Source: Desulfobacteraceae bacterium
GTDB taxonomy: Bacteria; Desulfobacterota; Desulfobulbia; Desulfobulbales; Desulfobulbaceae
Assembly: GCA_011372855.1 (NCBI GenBank)
Contig: DSAE01000177.1
Coordinates: 1 to 63,161, forward strand
Reading direction: 5' to 3'
Length of the DNA stretch: 63,161 nucleotides
A model generated the notes under the pieces. That model searched no databases and was not told where the DNA came from. It saw only the letters and a list, made by a program, of their open reading frames with translations. Within the stretch, counting starts at the first letter, position 1. Each line of letters starts with the position of its first letter. The position numbers were made by a program, and so were the translations under genes. Positions 19,066 through 28,766 of this stretch are shown here, one piece after another.

Positions 19066-19611
19066 TTATCCTTGCCCCGGTTCTTGTCCGGCAATTTCCT
19101 CGAGGACGCGCCGGTGCGTTTCCAGGTCGGATTGACTGAACAGGACAAAACGGACGCGGCGGACAGCTGTCAGTGCGGGCAGCTCGGCAAGGATCGTTCT
19201 GAAGGCGACCCGGGCCGCCTGTTCCACCGGATAGCCGAAAGCCCCGGTCGACAGGGCGGGAAAGGCTATGGAGGCGATGCCGGCGCGATCGGCAAGCCGC
19301 AGGGCATTGCGGTAACAGGAGGCCAGCAGACCGTCGGAAGGCCGGTCTCTCCCGTATACCGGACCCAGACAGTGGATCACATGCCGGTTCGGCAGGTTGT
19401 GCGCCGTTGTCATAACGGCCTCACCCGGCCGGATCGGCGCCAGCAGCCGGCACTCGGCCTCGAGCCCCGGCCCGGCGGCGCGGTGGATCGCGCCGGCAAC
19501 GCCGCCGCCGCTGCGCAGTTCCGCGTTGGCCGCGTTGACAACAGCCTCCATGTCGGGCTGGTCGGTGATGTTGCCCTGCACGCACTCGATGGTTTTTCCT
19601 GATATCCGCAT
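19066..19611 (-). CDS. Macro domain protein (O-acetyl-ADP-ribose deacetylase / ADP-ribose binding, YmdB-like)
   Basis: GNITDQPDMEAVVNAANAELRSGGGVAGAIHRAAG and SIAFPALSTGAFGYP are classic macro-domain blocks. Confidence 0.85.
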   Translation of the reverse strand: MRISGKTIECVQGNITDQPDMEAVVNAANAELRSGGGVAGAIHRAAGPGLEAECRLLAPIRPGEAVMTTAHNLPNRHVIHCLGPVYGRDRPSDGLLASCYRNALRLADRAGIASIAFPALSTGAFGYPVEQAARVAFRTILAELPALTAVRRVRFVLFSQSDLETHRRVLEEIAGQEPGQG

Positions 19612-19825
19612 ACCATCCTCCCTGAAGCAAATTTTCCGTCCGCCCGTCGTGTCCGGCGGTTGTCGGCTGAAAGCTGCTGGTCGGGCGCTGATCCGCCAGG
19701 AGCGGCCCCGCTCCCGGGGTCAGCAGCCGCGGATTCAAGCCGGCGCCGGCATCAGGCACGGTCTCCGGGACGTTGCCGCCGCCCTTGTCCGTCTGCCTTG
19801 ACGAGGGAGAGGGGTTTGCCGGAGA

Positions 19826-20035
19826 TCAACGTGACTCCGGCACTCCGAATTTCTTGAGCACCAGTCCCAGGGGGCAGAATCCGGAAAACCCGTACTGGAA
19901 GAGATTCGCTCCGACAAAGGCGGTGAACCAGAGCCAGTATTTGCTCAGAAAAACAGGGCTGGCCTCCACGCCCAGGGCGAGGCTGAGCAGGATGAAGGCG
20001 CCGGCGAAAACGTGAATATAGTCATTGACGGTCAT
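19826..20035 (-). CDS. DUF2892 (YgaP-like) small membrane protein
   Basis: 69-aa two-TM protein (RIxxGxxLL-like hydrophobic pattern, CPLGLVLKKFG near the C-terminus). GGAGAAG Shine-Dalgarno before the ATG at 20035. Lies downstream of an ArsR gene, as is common. Confidence 0.65.
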   Translation of the reverse strand: MTVNDYIHVFAGAFILLSLALGVEASPVFLSKYWLWFTAFVGANLFQYGFSGFCPLGLVLKKFGVPESR

Positions 20036-20119
20036 GTTTCTTCTCCATGGAAAGGCAGCGCGCTGCAAGGTGAGCCCGAGGCAGGGAACCAGGCAGCGAA
20101 GCCCGGGAGTCTTGTCCTG

Positions 20120-20455
20120 TCAGGCGTTCCGGCTTTCCTCCCGGTCGCAGAACAGGAGCCGCATCGTCTTGATCAGCTCCGTGATCCGGCCGTCGCTGAT
20201 CCGGTTGCAGATGAAATTGGCGTCCCTGCGGAAGTCGATAATGCCGTGGCTTCTCAGTATGGCAAGGTGCTGGGAGACATTGGCATGGGTGGTCCGGACT
20301 TCTTTCCTGATATCCCCCACCGTCATTTCCTTTTCCTGGAGAAGGCAGAGAATTTTGAGCCGGATGGGATGGGCTATCGATTTCAGCAATTCGGCCAACT
20401 GTTCCATTTCACTGTACTGCATGGGCGAAACGGGTGGAAAAATTGCGGCCCGCAT
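20120..20455 (-). CDS. ArsR/SmtB family transcriptional regulator
   Basis: Winged-helix pattern: LLKSIAHPIRLKILCLLQEKEMTVGDI...NVSQHLAILRSHGII. An alternative start lies at 20422. Confidence 0.8.
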   Translation of the reverse strand: MRAAIFPPVSPMQYSEMEQLAELLKSIAHPIRLKILCLLQEKEMTVGDIRKEVRTTHANVSQHLAILRSHGIIDFRRDANFICNRISDGRITELIKTMRLLFCDREESRNA

Positions 20456-20614
20456 CGGCAGGCCTCGGTTGTAATTACAGTTTTTAATTTAATGCTTAAA
20501 TACATTTCGTCAAGGAAGAAAGACCGGCCTGCAATACCAGGGGCAGCGCCGCCCCTTTCCCATTTCCCGCAATGCCGGACAAGGCGGCGGATTTGGGAAT
20601 AATTCACAATCTCC

Positions 20615-21151
20615 TTACGATATTCGTTCGTTTTTCGGAAAAAGCCTGATATAGAGATACATTGCCGCCACCACCATGCCGATATTGATGCCGAGGTCGG
20701 GCAGGACCCTGTTCTCCCGGTACAGGAAGGAAAGACAGGTGAGGAGCGTCAGGAAGAGGTAGCCGGTGCGGTGAAAACGGAAAATTTCCCGGAGGACGTA
20801 AAAATTGATTGTCGGCACAATGAAGTCGGCGGCCAGATAAAAATCAAAATGACCCGCGGCTGAAATGGCGGCCAGACGTCGGAGGGTCATGGCGAGCAGG
20901 ACCGCGCCCAGCAGCAGGTTGACCCACATGTATTTGCGGCGCCGGAAAAGGGGGGATTTGTTGTTCAGCAGGAAGAGTAATTTCGCCTGATTTTCCTCGG
21001 TCCTGAGCCGGGAGAAGATGGCTTTTTTGCTGGTGCCCTCCTGCAGCAGTCGTTCCACCTGTTTGTCAAGGGATTCGGCCATGGGTTCCTCGTCATAAAT
21101 CATTGCCCCCCGCCGGGGGACGGCAGGGGTGGTAAAAATCATGATTTTCAA
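20615..21151 (-). CDS. Hypothetical membrane protein
   Basis: Soluble charged N-terminus followed by 3-4 hydrophobic helices. No recognisable motif. Start uncertain: TTG 21151, ATG 21142 or 21103. Confidence 0.5.
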   Translation of the reverse strand: MKIMIFTTPAVPRRGAMIYDEEPMAESLDKQVERLLQEGTSKKAIFSRLRTEENQAKLLFLLNNKSPLFRRRKYMWVNLLLGAVLLAMTLRRLAAISAAGHFDFYLAADFIVPTINFYVLREIFRFHRTGYLFLTLLTCLSFLYRENRVLPDLGINIGMVVAAMYLYIRLFPKNERIS

Positions 21152-21357
21152 TACTCTATCTTGACAGGAACATCAACATGGGTAAATTGGAGCGTGCCTT
21201 TTATGGGGATGTCAGGCCAAGATTGACATGAATTCAGGGTCATACGAGCCAGGATAAGATGGCGCGTTTCGCGCTGCCGCACCGTGCGCGGCAATGAAAA
21301 AGGAATAGATTGAACTTTGGATGTTGGATAAAGATTTAACATGAGAAGGAGTGCACT

Positions 21358-23343
21358 ATGAGTGGAAATCAGGACAAAATCACCAGTCTGCTCAGCGAGG
21401 CCCGGATTTTCGAGCCTCCGGCGGAGAACCGGGATTCGGCCTATGTCAAAAGCATGGATGAATACCGTGCCCTGTATGACCGTTCCATGGATGATCCGGA
21501 AGGGTACTGGGCCGAGAGGGCGGAAGAGTTGACCACCTGGGACAGGAAATGGGACAGTGTTCTGGAGTGGGATTTCTCGACGCCTGATATCAAATGGTTC
21601 CGGGGCGCCCGGCTCAACGTGGCGTACAACTGTCTTGACCGGCACCTGACCGACGGCCGGCGGAACAAGGCGGCCCTGATCTGGCAGGGTGAGCCTGAGG
21701 AAGACGTCATGGTCTACACCTACCAGATGCTCCATTCGGCGGTTTGCCGCTTTGCCAATGTACTGAAGAAAAAAGGAGTGAAGAAGGGCGACAGGGTTTC
21801 CATCTATCTGCCGATGATTCCCGAGTTGGCCATTTCCCTGCTTGCCTGCGCCAGGATCGGCGCCGTCCACTCCGTGGTTTTTGCCGGGTTTTCCGCCATT
21901 GCGCTGCAGAGCCGTATCCAGGACAGCGAAGCCAAGGTCCTGATCACCTCCGACGCGGTCCTGCGGGCGGGCAAAATCATCCCGCTCAAGCCCAACGCCG
22001 ACACCGCCCTGGAGAACTGCCCGACGATCAAGGACTGCATCGTGGTCAGACGGGCCGGCAACGAGGTGTCCATGAGGGAGGGAAGGGACACCTGGTGGCA
22101 TGAAGAAGTCGGGGCCGACGATATCACCACGGAGTGCCCGCCCGAGTCCATGGACGCCGAGGACACCCTTTTCATTCTGTATACTTCCGGCTCAACCGGC
22201 AAGCCCAAAGGGGTGGTGCACACCACCGGCGGCTACCTGACCTATGCCATGCATACCTGCCAGTATGTCTTCGATCTGAAGGATAACGACGTCTTCTGGT
22301 GCACAGCGGATATCGGCTGGATCACCGGTCACACCTATATTGTCTACGGCCCCCTGGGTCTTGGAGCGACATCACTGATGTTCGAGGGTGTGCCCACCTA
22401 TCCCGCTTCGGACCGCTTCTGGAAAGTGGTCGAAAAGTTCAAGGTGGACATCTTCTACACCGCCCCGACGGTTATCCGCTCCCTGATGCGGGAGGGGGAG
22501 GAGCCGACCAGGCGCCATGATCTGTCCAGCCTGCGGCTGCTGGGGACGGTGGGCGAGCCGATCAATCCCGAGGCCTGGATGTGGTATCACGCCAATATCG
22601 GCAAGTCCAGGCTGCCGGTTGTCGACACCTGGTGGCAGACCGAAACCGGCGGGATTCTCATCTCGCCGCTGCCGTACGCCACCCCCCTGAAACCGGGGTC
22701 GGCGACGTTTCCCCTGCCGGGAGTCGACGCCGCCATTTACACCGAGGACGGCAGAGAGGCCGGGCCCAATGAAGGAGGGCACCTGGTCATCCGCAAACCC
22801 TGGCCGGGCATGCTGCGCGGTGTCTTCGGCGATCCGGAGCGGTTCAAGAAGACCTATTTCAGCCGCTATGAAAATATTTACGACCCGGAAGACGGCGCCC
22901 GCAAGGATGAGGACGGCTATTACTGGATAATGGGCCGCCTTGATGACGTTATCAATGTTTCCGGCCATCGGCTGGGCACCGCGGAAATAGAGTCGGCGCT
23001 GGTGGCCCATCCGGCGGTGGCCGAAGCGGCCGTGGTCGGCATGCCGCACCCGATCAAGGGGCAGTCGATATACGCCTATGTGACCCTGACCGCCGCGGCC
23101 ACGGAAAGCGACGAACTGCGTAAGCAGCTGGTTCAGCATGTCCGCAAGGAGATCGGCCCCATTGCCACCCCGGAGATCATCCAGTGGGCGCCGGGTCTGC
23201 CCAAGACCCGTTCGGGCAAGATCATGCGCCGCATTTTGCGCAAGATCGCCGCCAACGAACACGCCGATTTCGGCGACACTTCGACCCTCGCCGATCCGAG
23301 TGTGGTCGACAGTCTGCTGCAGGACCGCCAATCGATGGGTTAA
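21358..23343 (+). CDS. acs: Acetyl-CoA synthetase
   Basis: 661 aa with [20 protein letters not shown] and the C-terminal [18 protein letters not shown]. Unmistakable Acs pattern. Confidence 0.95.
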   Translation: MSGNQDKITSLLSEARIFEPPAENRDSAYVKSMDEYRALYDRSMDDPEGYWAERAEELTTWDRKWDSVLEWDFSTPDIKWFRGARLNVAYNCLDRHLTDGRRNKAALIWQGEPEEDVMVYTYQMLHSAVCRFANVLKKKGVKKGDRVSIYLPMIPELAISLLACARIGAVHSVVFAGFSAIALQSRIQDSEAKVLITSDAVLRAGKIIPLKPNADTALENCPTIKDCIVVRRAGNEVSMREGRDTWWHEEVGADDITTECPPESMDAEDTLFILYTSGSTGKPKGVVHTTGGYLTYAMHTCQYVFDLKDNDVFWCTADIGWITGHTYIVYGPLGLGATSLMFEGVPTYPASDRFWKVVEKFKVDIFYTAPTVIRSLMREGEEPTRRHDLSSLRLLGTVGEPINPEAWMWYHANIGKSRLPVVDTWWQTETGGILISPLPYATPLKPGSATFPLPGVDAAIYTEDGREAGPNEGGHLVIRKPWPGMLRGVFGDPERFKKTYFSRYENIYDPEDGARKDEDGYYWIMGRLDDVINVSGHRLGTAEIESALVAHPAVAEAAVVGMPHPIKGQSIYAYVTLTAAATESDELRKQLVQHVRKEIGPIATPEIIQWAPGLPKTRSGKIMRRILRKIAANEHADFGDTSTLADPSVVDSLLQDRQSMG

Positions 23344-23448
23344 GGGAGATTTTTCCTCCGACTCCCGGCGGGCCAGGGTCGGTCCCGCCCCGCGGATTTC
23401 CGCGGGTGGATTCAGTCAGGAAGTCGGGAGGAGAAAATGATCAAAGCG

Positions 23449-23489
23449 GCAGGCAGAGCGCGTCACGGTGCTCTGCCTGCTTTCGGTTT
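23449..23489 (+). terminator. Hairpin / partial terminator between acs and the downstream gene
   Basis: Perfect 11-bp stem GCAGGCAGAGC-N10-GCTCTGCCTGC followed by TTTCGGTTT. It ends about 12 nt before the next ATG, so it could act as an attenuator rather than a full stop. Confidence 0.45.
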
Positions 23490-23500
23490 GGGAGAACGAC

Positions 23501-25435
23501 ATGGCGGCTATGAAAAGAAACGATGTGCACAGCGTGGCTCCGGAAGTGGCGGTCGATTTTCTCAAGGGAATCATGCCGTTCAATTCCCTGGACGAGGAAA
23601 CCCTCACCATGGTGGCCCGGCACTGCCGGATCGATTTCTTCCCCAAGGGAACCAGGCTCCTGACCGCGGGGCAGACAGACATCACCCATCTCTATCTCAT
23701 CCAGCGGGGTGGAGTGAAGAGCTTCATCACCAACGACGAGGGCCAGGTGACCCTCAAGGATTACCGGGGTGAGGGAGATTTCATCGGCGCACTGGGCATC
23801 ATTCGCGGTACCAAGGCCAACCTCAACATCGAAACAGTGGAGGACACGTTCTGTTTCCTGATCCCCCGGGAGATTTTTCTTGAACTGATTGACACCCAGC
23901 CCGGCTTTGCCCAGTACTACCTGAAGACCTTTTCCGACAAGGTCGTCAACACGGCCTATAATGAACTGCGTCGCCATAAATGGACCCTGCGGGGGGAAGA
24001 AGACCTGTACCTCTTCACCATGCGGGCCGGGGACCTGATCAAGACGCTCCGCAAGGTTGACGCCTCCGTGACCATTCAGGAGGCGGCGGCGGAAATGGCC
24101 CGACATCGCATCGGTTCCCTGCTGATCCATCAAGCGGGCGATCCGGAGAATATCATCGGCATCGTCACGGACCGTGATCTGCGCAGCAAGGTGCTCGCCA
24201 GGGGGCTGGATTATTCACTGCCCATCGAGCACGTCATGTCGTCGCCGGTCCAGAGGGTCCTCTCCCAGACGATCTGTTTCGAGGTGCTGCTCAAAATGAT
24301 GTCGACCAATATCCACCACCTGGCGGTTGAGCGGGGGGGGAGGGTTGTCGGTGTCATTACTTCCCATGACATCATGCTGCAGCAGGGCCATTCCCCCTAT
24401 TACCTGTTCAAGGAAATCATCACCCAGTCGACCATCCAGGGCTTGTATCCCCTGGCCCAGAAAATCCCGGACATGATCCGCAACCTGATCAAGGAAGGGG
24501 GCAAGGCGGGCAACATCACCCGGATGATCGCGGTGCTCAACGATCATATCCTGGAACGGATGCTGATTCTGCTCCAGGATGAACTGGGTCAGCCGCCCCT
24601 CCCCTACTGCTGGCTGCTGATGGGGAGCGAAGGGAGGAGGGAGCAGACGTTTCGGACGGATCAGGACAATGCCCTCATTTATGCCGACCCCCAAAGCGAG
24701 GAAGAAAAAAAGCTGGCGGAGGAGTATTTCAGCGAATTTGCCCGACGGGCCATTGATCATCTGGTCAACTGCGGCTATCCTCTTTGCCCCGGCGATATCA
24801 TGGCACGAAACCCGAAATGGCGGCAGCCCTATTCTGTCTGGCGCAGGTATTTTGAACGGTGGATTTCCGCCCCCGATCCCCGGGAGCTGCTGAATGTCAT
24901 GATTTTCTTTGATTTCCGTGCGGGATTCGGTGACGCCACCCTGGCGGAGAACCTGCGCAATCATCTCGTCAGGACAACGCAGCGCCAGGAAATTTATCTG
25001 CTGCATCTGGCCAAGGACTGTCTGAACAGCAGGGCGCCGTTATCCTTCTTCCGGACCTTCATCGTTGAAAGAAACGGTGAGCACAAGAACACCCTGGACA
25101 TAAAACGACAGGGGATCACCCCTTTCGTCAATTTTGCCCGGGTCATGGCTTTGAAACACGGCGTCAAGGAAACCAATACCCTTGCCCGCCTCAAGGTGCT
25201 GGCCGATGAAGGACATATCTCCCGCAATCTCTGGCAGGCGGCAAGCGAAGCCTATGAGCTGCAGATGCAGCTGCGCCTGATCCATCAGCTGCACCAGCTC
25301 GATAACGGCATCCTGCCGGACAACTACATCAATCCCGCCAACCTGACGGACCTGGAAAAGCGGATGCTCAAGGAGGCCTTTTCGGTCATTGACCGCCTGC
25401 AGTCCCTGTTGAAGACGGAATTTCCGGTAATCTGA
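23501..25435 (+). CDS. cNMP-binding + tandem CBS + DUF294-type (GlnD-like) nucleotidyltransferase protein
   Basis: Four parts in order: a cNMP-binding beta-roll (FFPKGTRLLTAGQ...GEGDFIGALG), a CBS pair (IIGIVTDRDL, VVGVITSHDI), the NTase motif LLMGSEGRREQTFRTDQDNALIY, and a C-terminal DUF294_C-like helical region. Confidence 0.85.
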   Translation: MAAMKRNDVHSVAPEVAVDFLKGIMPFNSLDEETLTMVARHCRIDFFPKGTRLLTAGQTDITHLYLIQRGGVKSFITNDEGQVTLKDYRGEGDFIGALGIIRGTKANLNIETVEDTFCFLIPREIFLELIDTQPGFAQYYLKTFSDKVVNTAYNELRRHKWTLRGEEDLYLFTMRAGDLIKTLRKVDASVTIQEAAAEMARHRIGSLLIHQAGDPENIIGIVTDRDLRSKVLARGLDYSLPIEHVMSSPVQRVLSQTICFEVLLKMMSTNIHHLAVERGGRVVGVITSHDIMLQQGHSPYYLFKEIITQSTIQGLYPLAQKIPDMIRNLIKEGGKAGNITRMIAVLNDHILERMLILLQDELGQPPLPYCWLLMGSEGRREQTFRTDQDNALIYADPQSEEEKKLAEEYFSEFARRAIDHLVNCGYPLCPGDIMARNPKWRQPYSVWRRYFERWISAPDPRELLNVMIFFDFRAGFGDATLAENLRNHLVRTTQRQEIYLLHLAKDCLNSRAPLSFFRTFIVERNGEHKNTLDIKRQGITPFVNFARVMALKHGVKETNTLARLKVLADEGHISRNLWQAASEAYELQMQLRLIHQLHQLDNGILPDNYINPANLTDLEKRMLKEAFSVIDRLQSLLKTEFPVI

Positions 25436-25438
25436 TTG

Positions 25439-26152
25439 ATGTTGCGGCAACTGAAGGGCCTGAACTGGTTCAGGAAACCCCACCCGATAATTCGGCAAAA
25501 CAGGAAGCATTTCGATGAGTTCAGTCAGTCCAGGTCCCTGGCCGACTACACGTTCGTCGTTTTCGACACGGAACTGACCGGTCTGAACCGGAGGCGCGAC
25601 CAAATCATTTCCATCGGCGCGGTCAAGATCGTCGACCTGCGGATCGAGCTCGACCAGGTGTTTCACCAGTATATCCGTCCCCCGAACCTTGAACATACCG
25701 ATTCAACGCTTATCCATAGAATCACCCCCGAACAGCTGCGCACCATGCCGGCCATGGAGGATGTCCTGCCGGGCTTTGTCGAATTCTGCGGCGCTGCCCT
25801 GCTGGTGGGACATTACGTCACCCTGGACATGAATTTTCTCAACCGGGCGGCCAGGGAGGTCCTGGGGGGTACCATGTCCAATCCCAGCATTGACACCATG
25901 CGTCTGGCCATGGGATACAAGGAGGTGCTGTTCATGGACCGTTACGGGCATAACAAAATGTCCACCTCGTACAACCTCAGCGACCTGAGCCGTGAGTTCG
26001 GACTGCCGGAATTCAAGCCGCACGATGCCCTGGAGGACGCCCTCCAGACCGCCTATCTCTTTTTATTCCTCATCAAGAAAATGAAGCAGGGAAAAATCCG
26101 CACCCTGAAGGACCTGTATCAGGCCGGCCGCAACGTCGACATGATGTATTAG
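25439..26152 (+). CDS. DEDDh 3'-5' exonuclease (DNA polymerase III epsilon-like)
   Basis: ExoI FVVFDTELTGL, ExoII LLVGHYVTLDMNFL, ExoIII HDALEDALQTA. The start lies 3 nt after the previous stop. Confidence 0.85.
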   Translation: MLRQLKGLNWFRKPHPIIRQNRKHFDEFSQSRSLADYTFVVFDTELTGLNRRRDQIISIGAVKIVDLRIELDQVFHQYIRPPNLEHTDSTLIHRITPEQLRTMPAMEDVLPGFVEFCGAALLVGHYVTLDMNFLNRAAREVLGGTMSNPSIDTMRLAMGYKEVLFMDRYGHNKMSTSYNLSDLSREFGLPEFKPHDALEDALQTAYLFLFLIKKMKQGKIRTLKDLYQAGRNVDMMY

Positions 26153-26377
26153 CACCACGGATGGGGTTGACCGGTTCGGCCCTTTTCGCCGCGCAGCAGC
26201 GATGCCCTGTCTCCTGTCGCCGGAACTGTGCGTTCCGGCGGCCGAAATGAGAAAAATTAGCATTGGCCAAATTGCTCCTTGCCAATTCAATGCCATGTAT
26301 GCTACATGGTGGCTGTTAGGGTGGGGCTTTTGAACCCAACATGGTGAATAATGATAAAAATTCCGTCCACGATTATC

Positions 26378-26400
26378 GGGAGAAAAACAGTTTTTCTCCC
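26378..26400. promoter_or_regulatory. Perfect 10-bp inverted repeat upstream of the DUF4212-symporter operon
   Basis: GGGAGAAAAA-CAG-TTTTTCTCCC, 30 nt upstream of the ATG at 26431. Could be an operator or an RNA hairpin. Confidence 0.3.
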
Positions 26401-26430
26401 ATCAAATTTTAGAATGAGGAGGAGAGGTAT

Positions 26431-26682
26431 ATGAAAGACATGAGTGCCTACTGGCGGGAGAACCTCCGGCTGGTGATCGGATGTATCATCGTCTGGTTTG
26501 TCGTTTCCTACGGTTTCGGCATTTTGCTCGTGAAGCCGATGAACGCGATTCCGTTGGGCGGGTACAAGCTGGGCTTCTGGTTTGCCCAGCAGGGTTCCAT
26601 TTATATTTTCGTCGCCCTGATTTTTTTCTATATGGTGCGGATGAACAAACTTGACCGAAAATATAACGTGCACGAAGAATAG
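26431..26682 (+). CDS. DUF4212 small membrane subunit of a sodium:solute symporter
   Basis: 83 aa with two TM segments, YWRENLRL and FWFAQQGSIYIF motifs. Sits directly upstream of the SSS permease. Confidence 0.85.
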   Translation: MKDMSAYWRENLRLVIGCIIVWFVVSYGFGILLVKPMNAIPLGGYKLGFWFAQQGSIYIFVALIFFYMVRMNKLDRKYNVHEE

Positions 26683-26693
26683 GGGGCAGATTT

Positions 26694-28460
26694 ATGGAAC
26701 TCAAAACAATGACCTTTCTTGTAGTGGGTTTTACCTTTGCCCTCTACATCTACATCGCCATCCGGTCCAAGGCGGCGACAACGGGTGAATTTTATGTTGC
26801 CGGCAAGGGAGTCCATCCCGTCCTGAACGGCATGGCGACCGGCGCGGACTGGATGTCGGCCGCGTCATTTATCTCCATGGCCGGCATGATTGCCTTTCAA
26901 GGCTACGATGCCTCGGTGTTTCTCATGGGCTGGACAGGGGGCTATGTGCTGCTGGCCATGCTCCTGGCGCCGTATCTCAGAAAATACGGAAAATATACTG
27001 TCCCTGCTTTTATCGGCGACCGGTATTATTCCCGAACCGCCAGGGTGACGGCGGTCATCTGCCTGATCGTCGCCTCGCTGACCTATGTTATCGGCCAGAT
27101 GAAGGGCATCGGGGTCGCCTTTTCGCGATTCCTGGAGGTCTCCTTTGAACTGGGCCTGGTGGCCGGCATGATCATCGTCTTCATTTACGCTGTTCTGGGG
27201 GGGATGAAAGGTGTCACCAACACCCAGATCGCTCAGTACTGCGTCCTGATTTTTGCCTATACCATTCCGGCAATCTTTATTTCCCTGCAGTTGACGGGCA
27301 ACCCCATTCCCCAGCTCGGGCTCGGCGGCAGCATGGCCGACGGCACCCATCTCCTGAAAAAGCTTGACCAGGTTCTGGTGGAACTCGGCTTTGCCGAATA
27401 TACCGCTCAGAAGGGGGGGACGCTGAATATCTTTTTGTATACCATGTCCCTGATGATCGGCACCGCCGGTCTGCCCCATGTCATCATCAGATTCTTCACG
27501 GTGCCCAAGGTCCGTGACGCCCGATCTTCAGTCGGCTGGGCCCTGGTATTCATCGCCATCCTCTATACCACCGCGCCGGCGGTCGGGGCCATGGCCCGCC
27601 TCAACCTCATGGAAACCATCCAGACCGGGGAGATCGGCAGCCCCGACGGCAACTTGCTCTACGAGGAACGGCCGGACTGGTTCAAGAACTGGGAGAAGAC
27701 CGGTCTGCTCGTCTTCGAGGACAAAAACAATGACGGCCGGATTCAGTATTACGGACCCGGGCTCGATGCCCAGGCGGAGTCCTTTGGCTGGAAAGGCAGC
27801 GAAATGGTCAAAGTCGACAACGACATCATGGTGCTGGCCAACCCTGAGATCGCCCATCTGCCCAACTGGGTCATCGCCCTGGTCGCCGCCGGCGGCATCG
27901 CCGCCGCCCTGTCCACCGCGGCGGGGCTCCTGCTGGCTATTTCATCGGCCATTTCCCATGACGTGTTGAAAGGCATCCTCATGCCCGACCTGACCGACAA
28001 GGGCGAACTGCTGGCGGGCCGCCTTGCCATGGCCGGTGCCATCATCGTGGCCGGTTACTTCGGGCTCCATCCTCCGGGATTCGCGGCCCAGGTTGTGGCC
28101 CTGGCATTCGGACTGGCCGCCTCGTCAATTTTCCCGGCCCTGATGATGGGGATCTTCTCCAAGAAGGTCAACAGGTCAGGGGCGACGTTCGGCATGCTGG
28201 CCGGCATCGGCTCCACCCTGGTCTATATCTTCTGGTTCAAGGGCTGGTTCTTCATCCCCGGTACCGAGATGATGGCCAATACCCCGGACAACTGGTTCCT
28301 GGGCATTTCGCCGGAGGCATTCGGCTCCGTCGGGGCGCTGATCAACTTTATCGTGGCGTTTACCGTTTCCAGTTTTACGCCGGCACCGCCCGAACATATC
28401 CAGCACCTGGTCGAGGATATCCGTATCCCCTCGGGAGCGGGAGCGGCCCAGGATCATTGA
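26694..28460 (+). CDS. Sodium:solute symporter (VC_2705 / ActP-related acetate-type permease)
   Basis: 588 aa, about 13 TM segments, SSF-family N-terminus (EFYVAGKGVHPVLNGMATGADWMSAASFIS). Its context with acs and DUF4212 supports the call. Confidence 0.9.
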   Translation: MELKTMTFLVVGFTFALYIYIAIRSKAATTGEFYVAGKGVHPVLNGMATGADWMSAASFISMAGMIAFQGYDASVFLMGWTGGYVLLAMLLAPYLRKYGKYTVPAFIGDRYYSRTARVTAVICLIVASLTYVIGQMKGIGVAFSRFLEVSFELGLVAGMIIVFIYAVLGGMKGVTNTQIAQYCVLIFAYTIPAIFISLQLTGNPIPQLGLGGSMADGTHLLKKLDQVLVELGFAEYTAQKGGTLNIFLYTMSLMIGTAGLPHVIIRFFTVPKVRDARSSVGWALVFIAILYTTAPAVGAMARLNLMETIQTGEIGSPDGNLLYEERPDWFKNWEKTGLLVFEDKNNDGRIQYYGPGLDAQAESFGWKGSEMVKVDNDIMVLANPEIAHLPNWVIALVAAGGIAAALSTAAGLLLAISSAISHDVLKGILMPDLTDKGELLAGRLAMAGAIIVAGYFGLHPPGFAAQVVALAFGLAASSIFPALMMGIFSKKVNRSGATFGMLAGIGSTLVYIFWFKGWFFIPGTEMMANTPDNWFLGISPEAFGSVGALINFIVAFTVSSFTPAPPEHIQHLVEDIRIPSGAGAAQDH

Positions 28461-28483
28461 TCCGGACTGTCTGAGGACGTAAT

Positions 28484-28524
28484 CGGCGCATCCTTCCTCT
28501 CCGGGAGGGTGCGCCGTTTTTTTT
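28484..28524 (+). terminator. Intrinsic terminator after the symporter gene
   Basis: CGGCGCATCCTTCC-TCTCC-GGGAGGGTGCGCCG (14-bp stem including G-U pairs) followed by T8. Confidence 0.8.
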
Positions 28525-28766
28525 ATCACAACCTGGCCCCTGAAGCCGCATCGTAAAACCCGATGGCGATTTCGATCCCGATGCGCTAAAATATTGTGCG
28601 GGAAAGATTTCATCCAGATTGGATACGAGTCTTTAGCTGTTGAGGCTGGAGTCTTTCAGCTGTTAGTTGGCCGCCAAGCCGGCAGGCTTCAAGCCCCAAA
28701 CTGCCGACTCCCGGCGCAGCAGGGAAAGATCCCAATGAATTGATAAGAAAGTATGGTCACGTTATT

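Noticed and set aside
26263-26276. Sigma-54-like TTGGCCAAATTGCT upstream of the transporter operon
   Set aside because: The spacing between the GG and GC elements is 9 nt instead of the required ~12 nt (TGGCAC-N5-TTGC).
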